Below, in pieces: positions 7,874-21,892 of a DNA stretch of 35,127 nt. A program made the position numbers and the translations under genes. The notes below the pieces were generated by a model. It worked only from the letters and a program-made list of their open reading frames with translations, did not search any database and had not been told where the DNA came from. The stretch is from Reclinomonas americana ATCC 50394 (taxonomy: Eukaryota): NCBI GenBank assembly GCA_048213135.1, contig PS015060.1, positions 1 through 35,127 on the forward strand. Direction: 5' to 3'. Every line of letters starts with the position of its first letter. Position 1 is the stretch's first letter.

Positions 7874-10800
7874 ATGCATTGTGAAGGCCGAAGGTGGTCG
7901 GCTGTCCGTCCCCGCTTCTGTGCCGGAGGTGTTCACGGAGACCGCGTCCGCCTCGGTGAGGGGAACGCGTCGCTGTTGTCCGTTGGCGTCGCTCATCATC
8001 AGTCGCCATTGGGCGCACAGGTCTCCTTTGTCAGTGTTGTCAAGCCACAGCTAACGTTTCGATCGGCCTCTTCCGCTGCCGACAGTGGTCACATTCCTCG
8101 TGGATCCGTGCTGGAGCAGGTGCTTGCTCTGCTGCGCTTGCCCGTGTCGACAGTGTTACCGGCGCAGTCGTGGTCGGGTGCCTCTGTACACGTATGTGCC
8201 GGCGGCAGGGCCATGGTGAGTGTGTGAAATTTAAAAATACGCACTTGATTGAGCTCTCCACATCGCGCTCATTTTCCACACACGTGCAGTCCCGTGTGCT
8301 GCACGTGACTGTGGACAGTGAGGAGCTCGAGATGGCGGCGCAGCGACAGGACTACTCCGAAAGCGCACGACTCTCCGTCAATGTGCAGTTGTTGCAAGTG
8401 ATGTTGGCCCTCAGCAGCCTCATTCTGGTCGATATGACTGATCTGGAAGACATTCGCGAGTGGCCCGAGGTCGATCTTCTGCGGTGGCTTGAGTTGCGTG
8501 CCATTCCTTCCTGGTGCGCGCTATAAGATTGCCTGACGCTGATGCCTGCACGTGTTGGTACGTTTTCTCAGCGGATTTGCGCTTGCCGCGTCTCGCAATC
8601 ACCAGTGCACGCCCGTCGATTCTCGAGTCCTTGAGCGCGGCCGTATGACGGCCACACGGCCGACGGTTGTGTTTGTTGTGCCGACGAATACTGGCGTCAA
8701 CAGCGCCTATGCTAGCGCGAGTGAATGGTGCGCGACTTCAGTCTACCCGCCCTCGCTTTATGTTGCTGTTCCTTTTGACAGTGAATCGTTTGTCTATTCG
8801 TAGGCTGCAAGTGCAGGTGGCCACCACCGTGCTTCCGTCGTTGGCAACGGAGAACACGGATCTCGCTTGTCTGCTACATCGTGTTGGAGTCGGTAAGTTG
8901 GCAGTCAGCGGTGTCATGGCACTTAGAAAATGCATGTTGTGTGCGCGTGCGTGTGTTTGTGTGTGTGTGATTCATTGGACATGATGCAGAGCTCGAGGCA
9001 CCGCTGGACCCGCTGCCGACCTTCCTCTCAGTCTATGGCGGAGCCGTGAGGTTTCTCGACTCTCCGCCCTCGTCGAACATTGCTATGGTTAGTGCAGCTG
9101 TGCTGCTTACTCACATACGTGTTCTCAGAACGACTGACATTCTTGTACACATGGGTAGCGGCAACGCGAACTCCGGCGTGAGCTGACGGCTCTTTTTGAG
9201 ACGCACTTGACGCCTCTGCAGCTTCCTATGTTCGTTGCCGATGACGACGAGCAGCCAGTTGTTGCAGTGCCACTTGGACCTGAAGGTGGGCCTGTTGCAT
9301 TGTTCGCAGTGCTTGACACCACCCTTTCGCGATCGTGCTCACCTCCTCCACCGCGCGCAGCCGTGCCGTCGTTCCTCGTCACCATTACCTCGCAATTGGA
9401 CAACATAGGCATTGTGCCCGGTGTGCGCATGTCGGACACTGACATGGACGGGAAGCCGGAGGAGAGCGGTCACCTACGCACTGTGGTTCACCACCCAGTG
9501 GACCTGAGTGAGCGGCTGCTTGTCTTGCTCAAGGCGCACGCTCTGTGCGAAGTGCGCCTCGCACAACGCGCAGTCGGTGCTCACGACAAGCGATGGATTC
9601 AACAGCTTCGGCAGCAACTCGCGAGCACCTACAGCAGCCTGGCCAACACACTGCCTCCGTACTCGCCGCAACATTTGGCTTGCCTCGAGGCAGCCGTGTC
9701 ACTCTGCAGCCACTGGAAGGCGAAGCTCGACTGCGGTCTTGCGCTCATGCGGTTGGAGAAGCACCAAGAAGCTCATCATTTCTTGTATGAGGCGCTGCGG
9801 CACCGTCCCGGCGATGCGGTACTGCGAGAGGCCTACGAGCGCTCGATCAACTCCGACGTCGACTGCTGCCGGGACCCATGTGAGCATTCGTCACAGAGTC
9901 GCGCGGCTGATGTCTCGCGCGAGATGGAGAGCCCTGAGGAGGCCGCGAAGCTCTTTGTCCAGGTTCTGCACGCCCTCTTTGGCGACGACGACGACGAGAC
10001 ACAGCGACTGCCACTCCACGTCATCATGTTGTACCTCAACCAAGTGGTAGCTGCCGACCGCCTTAACGATTTCGCGCAATATCTGCTCGGCATGCTTCAT
10101 GCGGCGGCCAACCGTGCTTGTGAAGCTCTCATGTGCTTCGAGGCCGCCGTCGAGATCCATCAGAAACACCGCCACTGGTTCAAGGCTCGCAAAATCGACC
10201 TGCCTGTCGACGAGAGCTACTACTTCGCTGCCGCCGACGCGTGCCGTTCCTTTGGCGATACGTACAAGGCCGCGTGGTGGTTGGAACGGCTTTGTCGCGA
10301 TGTGCCGACATCGCTGCACTTTCGCCACTTGTGGCACGAAGCCCTGCTGGCGTCACATCAGTACGGGCAGGCGGTGGAGACCATCGAGGAGGCGATGCGC
10401 AGCAATCCTTGCGACGTGGCCCTGTACATGCCGTACGTGCGTGCTCTTTTCCACAATGGTCGGTATGACGAATGCCGCCACCTGCTGAATAAGTGGCTCG
10501 AGCACGGCGGAGCTTGCAACCTACTGGCGAGTGACTGGGCTCTGCTGGCGCAACTGGAGGCTGCTGCTTCCAGGCCGGTGGAAGCCGCAGCATGCTACAG
10601 CATGGCAGCACGCATCGACACATCGAGTCGCGAGTACGGCCAGTTGTACAACGAGCAACTGCGCGTTGTGGCGTCCACTCTCACAAGTGGAGATGCTTGC
10701 GCTGCTGCTGCAGGCGCGCTTGTAACGCGAGTCATGGCACCATGGGTGCATGAGCAGGAGCGGCAGTGGCACGCTGCGCTGCATGCCGTGTTGGAGCCGG

Positions 10801-13166
10801 AGGTCAACGAGCAGCTGCATGGCCCGGTACAGTTCACGCCGCCAAGTGAGTGGGGCGAGAGCGGGCAGCCCGAGTCGTCGCCGCTGTGCGGTCTCGATTA
10901 CCCAGTCGTCGACCCACGTCGCGACACCGCGGAGGCCATCACGGCTGCGCAGCTCGAGGCCAATCGGCGAGATCATGACTTCCGCAATCGACACCCCGAC
11001 ACCTACGACGACGTCAAGTATTACTGGCACCTGTTCTCTGCCACTGGCGATGCGGCTGTACGCTTCAACGATGGTGTGGTCATGCAACTGGCGCGTGACG
11101 GCTTCCACTCGGATCTGTACCTCCGACAGCGACTGCGCGTTTTCAGCACTCTTATTGGCGACGTGCAAGCTGGCCGCGTGCCAGAGAGCTCACAAGTGTT
11201 ACAAGCACTGTCCCGTGAGGCTGTGTCTGTGCGCCAGTCGCTCCTACTCGAGACATTGCGACAGTCGATTGACAACAACCAAGTGCACCTTGGTCAATGG
11301 ACGAACTGCATTCTGTCGCACATTGACGCGTTGGGAGTCGATCAAGAGTTGTCGATCGCTGCCAGTTGGGTTGGACACTGCGTTTACGTGTCATTCCACC
11401 GAGTCGGCGACGAGGTGTTTGTGCGCGTCGATAACCGTGGAGAGGGCCCTCGTCCGCGGGACGTACGCTTGCGCGTGCGAGCGCCTGCAGCTGCTGGAGC
11501 TCCCGATCGAGTGCAGTCCTACGTTGTGGCGCGCTTGCGACGCATCGACATTCAACCAGGAGGCGTTTCTCGACCCTTGCTGGAGACGTACCTTGGCAAC
11601 GTTCGTCGAGCTTGTGATCTCGAAAACGAGACCGGCTCTCCACTGGTGTACGACTTGACTGTCGGTGCCCACGTGGCGCTCTTCGTCGCCCCCAGTCAGG
11701 CCGCTGTGATTGCCGAGCTGCAGTACGCGGCGATGCAATACCAGACCAAGGCCGGCAACTGCGCGCGCAAGAGCCAAGTCGTTGGAACTCGCCGACGCAC
11801 TCGATTTGTTGCCTTGTACAAGCTCATGAAGCAGATGGAGCGGAGTGTGGCCGTGGAAGTGCTCTCGCGGTCGACAACCTTTGATCCACAGCTGGTGCTG
11901 GCCGCGGAGGCTGATCGACCGCAGCCCATCCGTCCCATGATCCGTGCCGCCCTTCCGCAGCGTGTGCTTCACTTGGAGCACCTGACGAGCGCCGAGTTCC
12001 TCCACTTTCGTGGACCGGCGGCTGGGTCACCGCTGCCTCCGCCGCCTTTCATGGCGCTGCAGAGCATCAGTCGACTTGAAATGAGGGATGAAGACGCTGA
12101 CAGTGATGTGCCGTTCCGTTCGGCTACACCGGATCTGTATCAGCTGTTCAAGTACTACTGGCATCTGCTGTCATCGAATGGGCGCACCATGTTCAGCAAC
12201 GGCCAGGAACTCCGTCATGGTTACTTCTTCAGCACCCTGTTCCTGCAGGAGCGCCTCGACCATTTGACGGCACTGCTACACGATTTCGACACCAACGCCG
12301 CTACATCATCGTTTGCTGTTATTACTGCCGAGACACAGCCGGCCACCCTCCGACGCGCTCTCGCTGTGGAGATCGCTGCTGTCACCCGCTCGCTCGCGCT
12401 GTCTGTGATGATTGACGCCGGCGACGTCGATGGAGAAGCGTGGGCTCGAGAGGTGCGGGAGCACGTCCGCAGACTCGACGTGGATGAGGAGTTGTCCCTC
12501 GCGTGTGCCTGGCGGCTCCGCTGCGTGTATGTGACTATTCATCGCATCGACGGTGACCGGCTGGTCATTCGCGTGGATAATCGTGGAAGCACTCCAGTGC
12601 CCCACCTCAACGACGGCCGTCGCTGTTTCCCGTACATTGTCGGTGTTGTGTCGCTGCGCGCCTTTGTGAATGAGGCACGTTACAAACAGTACCTCCGAGG
12701 TATTCGTCGCGCTCGCTCTCTTTCAGAGGCCGAGGGTGCCGCACTAATCTACGACACTTCTCGCGCGGCTTTCGGTCCAGCTTTGGATCAGCGTGTAGTT
12801 TTGCAACAGAGGCAATATCCGGCACTGGCATATCAGCGCACGCCGACAGGCGTCATCAAGAGCCACTGTGTGGGCACCCACATCCGCATGCAACGCGTGC
12901 AGCTGGAGGCGGATCGTCGCATCTTTGCTGGTGCGGCACCACGAGTTAACATTCCGGCGGAAGTAGCCGGCAGTGAGTGGCTTCGTGCGACGTACCGCAA
13001 GCGGGCTGTCGACATGACGTACCGTGAGATCAAGGCCGCCGATGTCGTCCTCACGTTTTCCCGCATGCTGCAGCGTGGTGTGCGACCGAGCTCACTGGTT
13101 CCGGAGTTACCGTTGGGAGGTCTACCGGTGGTGCCAGAGCCTGCTGCTCGTCCAGTGCCTGGTTGA
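7874..13166 (+). CDS. Large TPR-containing protein with two tandem putative cysteine-peptidase-like domains (start uncertain)
   Basis: Several short 5' exons with GT-AG boundaries (~8291-8512, ~8572-8727, ~8804-8891, ~8989-9087), then a ~4.0-kb stop-free exon 9159-13166. TPR-like helices ~9700-10660 (GLALMRLEKHQEAHHFLYEALRHRPGD, YLLGMLH..EALMCFEAAVEI, QYGQAVETIEEAMRSNP). Internal duplication ~10990-11870 and ~12125-13070 sharing KYYWHL, W..xCVYV, RVDNRG, Y.A..YQ. Confidence 0.8.
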
Positions 13167-13333
13167 TGGAGTGTGAAGTGAGAGGCGTGGTTGAGCGCTA
13201 GCCCCTGTCTAAGTTGAATAATGTAAGTGAACAACCAACTTCGTGCCTAAGCATTTCCCGTACTCGGATTAGGTGTAGGTGGGCTAACCAAAGGTGCCGC
13301 CTATCCTCGGAAACAGCAAGTCACCCTTCACTT

Positions 13334-16529
<3,196 letters not shown>

Positions 16530-17234
16530 TGTTTGAGTGTTGTCCTGTGTCTTGGTGGTGAAGTCCAACTGTGATTCCTCTGGCGGAGCTTCGAGAAGTC
16601 GAGTATGCACTTCTTGCAAACAACGATCCAGACGACGTCTAAGTTGCACCACTACGCAGTTGATGGATTGCTACTCCAATTGCAACCTCAACGATGAGCC
16701 CGCTGCAGTGAACCGCTTAGATCTCCCCGCAACGATGTCAGCGAGACCTGCATCCAAGTGAATCGGTTCTCTCTGATGCCAACACCGACACTGCGATGCG
16801 CTGAAAAGAGGCGACACCCTCTCCTACGACTTGCACCTGGCACATTGCGCTATAGCGATAGATCGTCCGTCTTGACGATCAGGTCCAACAGCATTCTCGA
16901 TCCAACGCACCGCTTGCAGTGGACCAAGTCCAACATCAACAAGTGGGGACATATCCCACAGCCCACTGCATTGAACCACTCAGTACGAGTGCAACTGATT
17001 CCCATCCTCAACGGTGTGCTGCGTTGAAAGCAGCGGCAATCGATCCGCGAGACCTGCAGCCTCCATTCGGCGCCCCTCTTTGCAATCCAGCCTCTCGACT
17101 GGCGCCATCGAGACCTGCTCTCCGCTGTGGCACTCCCTTGCGACTGTTGACCAAGTCCAGCCACAGCGGTATTCGGGCACTCTTGTTTGCGACCACTTCT
17201 GCGTCGTCTTGCAAACAATAAACCACTTCAATTG

Positions 17235-19738
17235 TTATAGTAAAGCAGCAGCGGCCGAGCGGTACGCCATCTCCTGCCCCTCGGCCAGGTACTTTTGGAA
17301 TCGCTTGGTCTCCACGAAGCGCGGGAAGCAGTCGGTGTGCAGCACCATTTCCACCTGCGTGCATTCGGTCAGTCTCTTCACCTCCCCACTTCCACAAGAG
17401 GGGACGCAACATGCTGAGCGGCCGCCGCAAAGACACCGCGCGGCCTCCACCCAGTCGAGTACTCGTGCGACACCGCGTCCGGCAGCGGCTCCAGGTCGCA
17501 GATGCGTTGAATGCGACTCACGTGCGACAACTCCGCCGGCTCCTCAATGGCCTCGCGCACACTATTGACAATGTTGCTCGGCTGCGCGGACACCGTGAGA
17601 AAAGCAGAACCGATGAAAAGAGGATGGGCGGAACAAACCAGATTCAGCTCATTCGGCGCGCGAGGCAAAAAGTACTCGACATACAGCTCGTCGGCCAGCT
17701 GCCACGCCGGCGACACGCCACTCCGCCCCGTGTCGCCAGACGCCGACTGTGCATCAACGCCGTGCGCTTTCCGCTCCACCGCCAGTAATCTGTGCCACTC
17801 CTCCAGCCGGTCGAGGAAGAGCAGATTCTCGACGGCTGTGCGCCACCACAACACCTCGAATGAGCAAGAAAGACACATCACCCACCTCCTTCACCCCGTT
17901 CGTCACGCAACCCATTTGACCGACAAGGTGCTCACGAAAGGCATCTCGCAACACCGCAGTCGTCATCACTGTCGAGAAGAGGCCGCCGCCACCGTGCAGC
18001 AGCGGCTCGGACAGCAGCATGCGATCGTGCGCGGCGCGAGCGCGGCTCAACGCAAACTCCTTCCACGTTGTGACGAGGAACACGGTGGCGATGGCGAGCG
18101 AGCCGGCAAACTCCGACGACATTAGCCACAGCAGGGTGATGGGGTTGGTGAACTCGGCAAACTTCCACACCAGGAAACCGACTGCGTGATGGGGGGAAAG
18201 TGAGACGCGGCAAAGAGCTGTGCACTGGATACAGAAAATACGCAACACAAGGCCAGCGGGAGCGAGATGCCAGCAATCCACCACAGCTCCGCGCGCGCGT
18301 ACGCCATGTCGCGGACATTGCGCAGGAGGATGCAGACCACCACAAAGAGAATGCACATGAAGAGGACTGTGGTGTGGTATGAGAGGAGGGGAGGGAGGGG
18401 AGGGGAGGGAGAAGCGATTCTGGAAGGGACGCAACAGAGGCCGACAAATACGCCCGTCATGGTCACCGTCAGTGACATGCAGTCGCACACTTCCTGTGTG
18501 TAGGCGATGAGACCGACAAGTGTATGACAGGGGAAGTAGGGAGAAAGGAGCGGAGGGGGGGGGGGGGGGGGGGGAGAGGAGGAGAGACGANNNNNNNNNN
18601 NNNNNNNNNNNNNNNNNNNNNNNNNNNNNNNNNNNNNNNNNNNNNNNNNNNNNNNNNNNNNNNNNNNNNNNNNNNNNNNNNNNNNNNNNNNNNNNNNNNN
18701 NNNNNNNNNNNNNNNNNNNNNNNNNNNNNNCAACGGCAGTGGGGCAAGAGAAGGGAGTGGGGCGAGAGAAGGGAGTGGAACGAGAGTGAGGGAGTGGAAC
18801 GAGAGTGAGGGAGTGGAACGAGGGAAGGGAGTGGAACGAGAGGAGGAGACGCACCTGCAGGAAAACAGGCTGACTATTCCAAAAGTTCGGCATCTTGAGC
18901 GCAGCGCCGACCAGCACCCCTCCCGTCACCACCATGACCAGCACGGCCAGCTGACCGAGGAGCACCGGTTCGGAGAACACCATCGCATTGCGGAAGGATC
19001 GTCGCAGGTCCTCGGCGGACTCGGTCAGTTTAAAGTCCATGTCGGCGGTGCCGGCGCGGATGCAGTGTTGCTGGAAGCGTGCGCGACTGGCACGGGCGAG
19101 GAGGTAGAGGCGGAAGGCGCGGAGCATCTGCGGAAGGGCAAAGGGTGCGATGAAGGGGAAGAATTAGGAAATGGACAATGACACGAAAGGGACAGAAGAA
19201 CTCGAGGAAGGGGGACAGAGAGGAGAGTCGGAGGAGAGAAGGCGAGCAAATTGAAACAGGAGCGAGGCAGTAATCCAAGACATATAAAACGGCGAGAAAT
19301 TGGACTGAGAAGCAAACAGAGAGGGGATTGAACGCGTGAGAAGAGAGCCGAGGGACAACCAAACACGAGTCCGTCAATCTCTCAGTCATTCAAAGCCGCA
19401 AAGGTCTGCTCCTTCCTTGCTTCACAGCTCCCTTCTCAACATTCATGCATCCTCAGTTAAACTCCCTCTTGCATTCCACTTGTTTTCTCTCAGGCACATT
19501 ATATCTGACCCGCACTCATCATGACTCGACACCGTTGAGTGGCTCTGCATCTCTCAATCTCACAAGCTCTTCTCTCGTTCTCTCTCTCCCAGTCCCCTCA
19601 CAAGTCTCGAGCACTTCACCGTTTTGCAACTCTGCATCTATGAATCTCACCTTCACCTCTCACAAGCTCTCCCTTTCACCCTTCCTCCCCAATCGCTCTC
19701 CGCGTTCAGTGGCAGTGCATCACCTCAATCTCTCTCTG

Positions 19739-19794
<56 letters not shown>

Positions 19795-19993
19795 AATCTG
19801 TCTCATTCACACTTAATCTTTGTAACACCAATTCTTCATGTCCTCCACTCTACGTCACTCGGATGATTGACTCTGCATCTCTGAATCTCGTTTCTACGTC
19901 CCACAAGCGCTTGCTTTCCCCTCGCTCACTAATTGCTCTCCTCGTTCAGTGGCTCTGTATCACCTCGACAACTCGCAGTATCTCCCTGTCCCC

Positions 19994-20073
<80 letters not shown>

Positions 20074-20305
20074 TCTTACGTTCGTACTACTACTACTACT
20101 ACTTACTACTACTACCTACCTACTACCTACTACTACTACNNNNNNNNNNNNNNNNNNNNNNNNNNNNNNNNNNNNNNNNNNNNNNNNNNNNNNNNCCAAC
20201 GACGGCGTTCGTGTTCCCTTCCCTCCTCTCCTAACTTACGTTCGTCTCCTCCTTCCGTCGTAGTCGTCTCGTAGCTACCTCCTACACTACTCTCGTCTCT
20301 CTCTC

Positions 20306-20344
<39 letters not shown>

Positions 20345-21438
20345 CTGGCTGGCTATCTGTCTATATGTCTGTCTCATTCCACACTCAATCTTCGTCACTT
20401 CCACCTCTTGCAAGCTCTTCAATTCTCCCCCCACACGCACTCTTCGTCAATTCACTTTGCATCGCTGAATCTCACCTATACCTCTCACAAGCACTTCCTT
20501 CCCCTCCCTCGCACTCCATCGTTCAGTGGCTCTGCATCACCTTCACAACTCACCAGCTCTTCATGTCCTCCACCTCACTCCTCTCTTGCTATTCACGATC
20601 AATCTTCGTCTATGCATCACTGAATCTCGTCTCTTCGTCTCACACTCTTCCTTACCCCTCGCTCACCCATAGGTCTCTATTCTTCACTTCACCGTTCGAC
20701 ACCGCTGCATCTCTAGCTCTTCAATTCCGCATCCCTTCTCCTCTCTCCGCGTCATTTCACTGCACAGTGACCCCGCATCTTTGGATATCACCTCCACAAC
20801 TCACAAGCTCCTCCTTCCCTTCCTTTCTCCCACAGCTCTGCATCTCTGAATCTCTCTCAAGCTCTCCATTTCCCCCCTCTTCTCCATTTTCCCTTCTCCC
20901 CCTCCCTTCTCCATTATCCCCCTTCCCTCCCTTCTCCCCTCCTTCCCCTTTCCCTCATTACCTGCGCCTGCAAAAACACCACCATCCCAATGTACGACAA
21001 GAACGAAATCACACAGGTGCCCTTGTACAAGTACCACACCGCCAGCAGCGACGCCACCACCATGCTCGCGAACGTACACGCCACCAGCAACGGCGAGCGC
21101 GCCCGCGTCCCACGCCGCCGCCACAGCACAAAGTTGGAGGCGGCGACGACGGCGAACACGGCCGATTGCACTACGAGCTCGGCGGTGAATGCCGGCTGGA
21201 CCCACGATGACTCGTCCATGAGAGGAGCGAGGGTTTGGAGGAGGCGGCTGCACTCGGCGTCTACCTGTTGGGGGGGTGGGAGGGGGGCAAAGGAGGGAAG
21301 AAGAGTGAGGGAGAGAGGAAGGGAGAGAGGAAGGGAGAATGAGAGAAAGAGTAAGGAAGAGAAATGGAGAAAAAACAGTAACAGAGAGAGAGAGGTGGAT
21401 GGAGAGAGAGAGAGAGAAATGGGAGAGGGAGAGAGAGT

Positions 21439-21469
<31 letters not shown>

Positions 21470-21586
21470 CAGGAGGGAGGGAATGCAGACTGAGAGAGGG
21501 AAAGAGGCAGTGCAACAGTGCATGCGAGAGAGAGAGAGAGAGAGATTAAGTGAGTCTGGGGTTTGTCTTGCTCACGCAACGCTCAT
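17235..21586 (-). CDS. 7TM-RGS protein (seven-transmembrane domain fused to a regulator of G-protein signalling domain); start uncertain
   Basis: Exons ~21266-20961, 19128-18855, ~18494-18443, ~18367-18242, ~18181-17925, ~17840-17640, ~17580-17460, ~17440-17390, 17354-17235. About seven hydrophobic segments with TRARSPLL, MLRAFRLY and LRNVRD..RAEL, followed by RGS motifs LRDAFREHL, AVENLLFL, LYVEYFLPRAPNELNL, LHTDCFPRFVET. Confidence 0.85.
18752..18841. repeat. 19-bp intronic minisatellite (agggagtggaacgagagtg), about 5 copies
   Basis: Tandem units directly visible next to a gap. Confidence 0.85.
19440..20860. repeat. Degenerate intronic repeat array in the long 7TM-RGS intron
   Basis: Recurring gttcagtggctctgcatcacct (~19704, 19944, 20521) and gcatc.ctgaatctc (~19635, 19875, 20460, 20634, 20840) blocks. 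Confidence 0.7.
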
Positions 21587-21892
21587 TCTTGTGTGGTGGA
21601 GCGTGCGAGTGTCACGCACTCGCGTGTGCGACTTAGTGTGTGTGTGTGGGCGCGCGTTGACTGCAAGCGTGTGTGAAATGCGCGGTCCGACTTCCGGACA
21701 TCGGGACGCATTGAATGCCGGCCGACGAGCAGAGACTTTGTGAGCAGTATGCCAATGCGATTACAACAAACGAAACTTCACTAATTCATACACAAACAAT
21801 GAGCACTATTCTTCATCAACAACTACAATTGCAAGAATAAGCCTCTCCCGTGATTGCCTTTGCCCAACTCACCACTACGCACCGCCGGCCGC

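Noticed and set aside
16650-17230. Short ORFs between the nitroreductase start and the 7TM-RGS stop
   Set aside because: No recognisable motif or consistent splice structure in any frame; probably UTR or intergenic sequence.
20041-20300. (CGT)n/(TAC)n runs giving poly-R/poly-Y ORFs (similar noise at ~14913-14940, ~30160 and ~35022-35060)
   Set aside because: They sit between microsatellites and gaps and look like low-quality read-end noise, so they are not trusted as biology.
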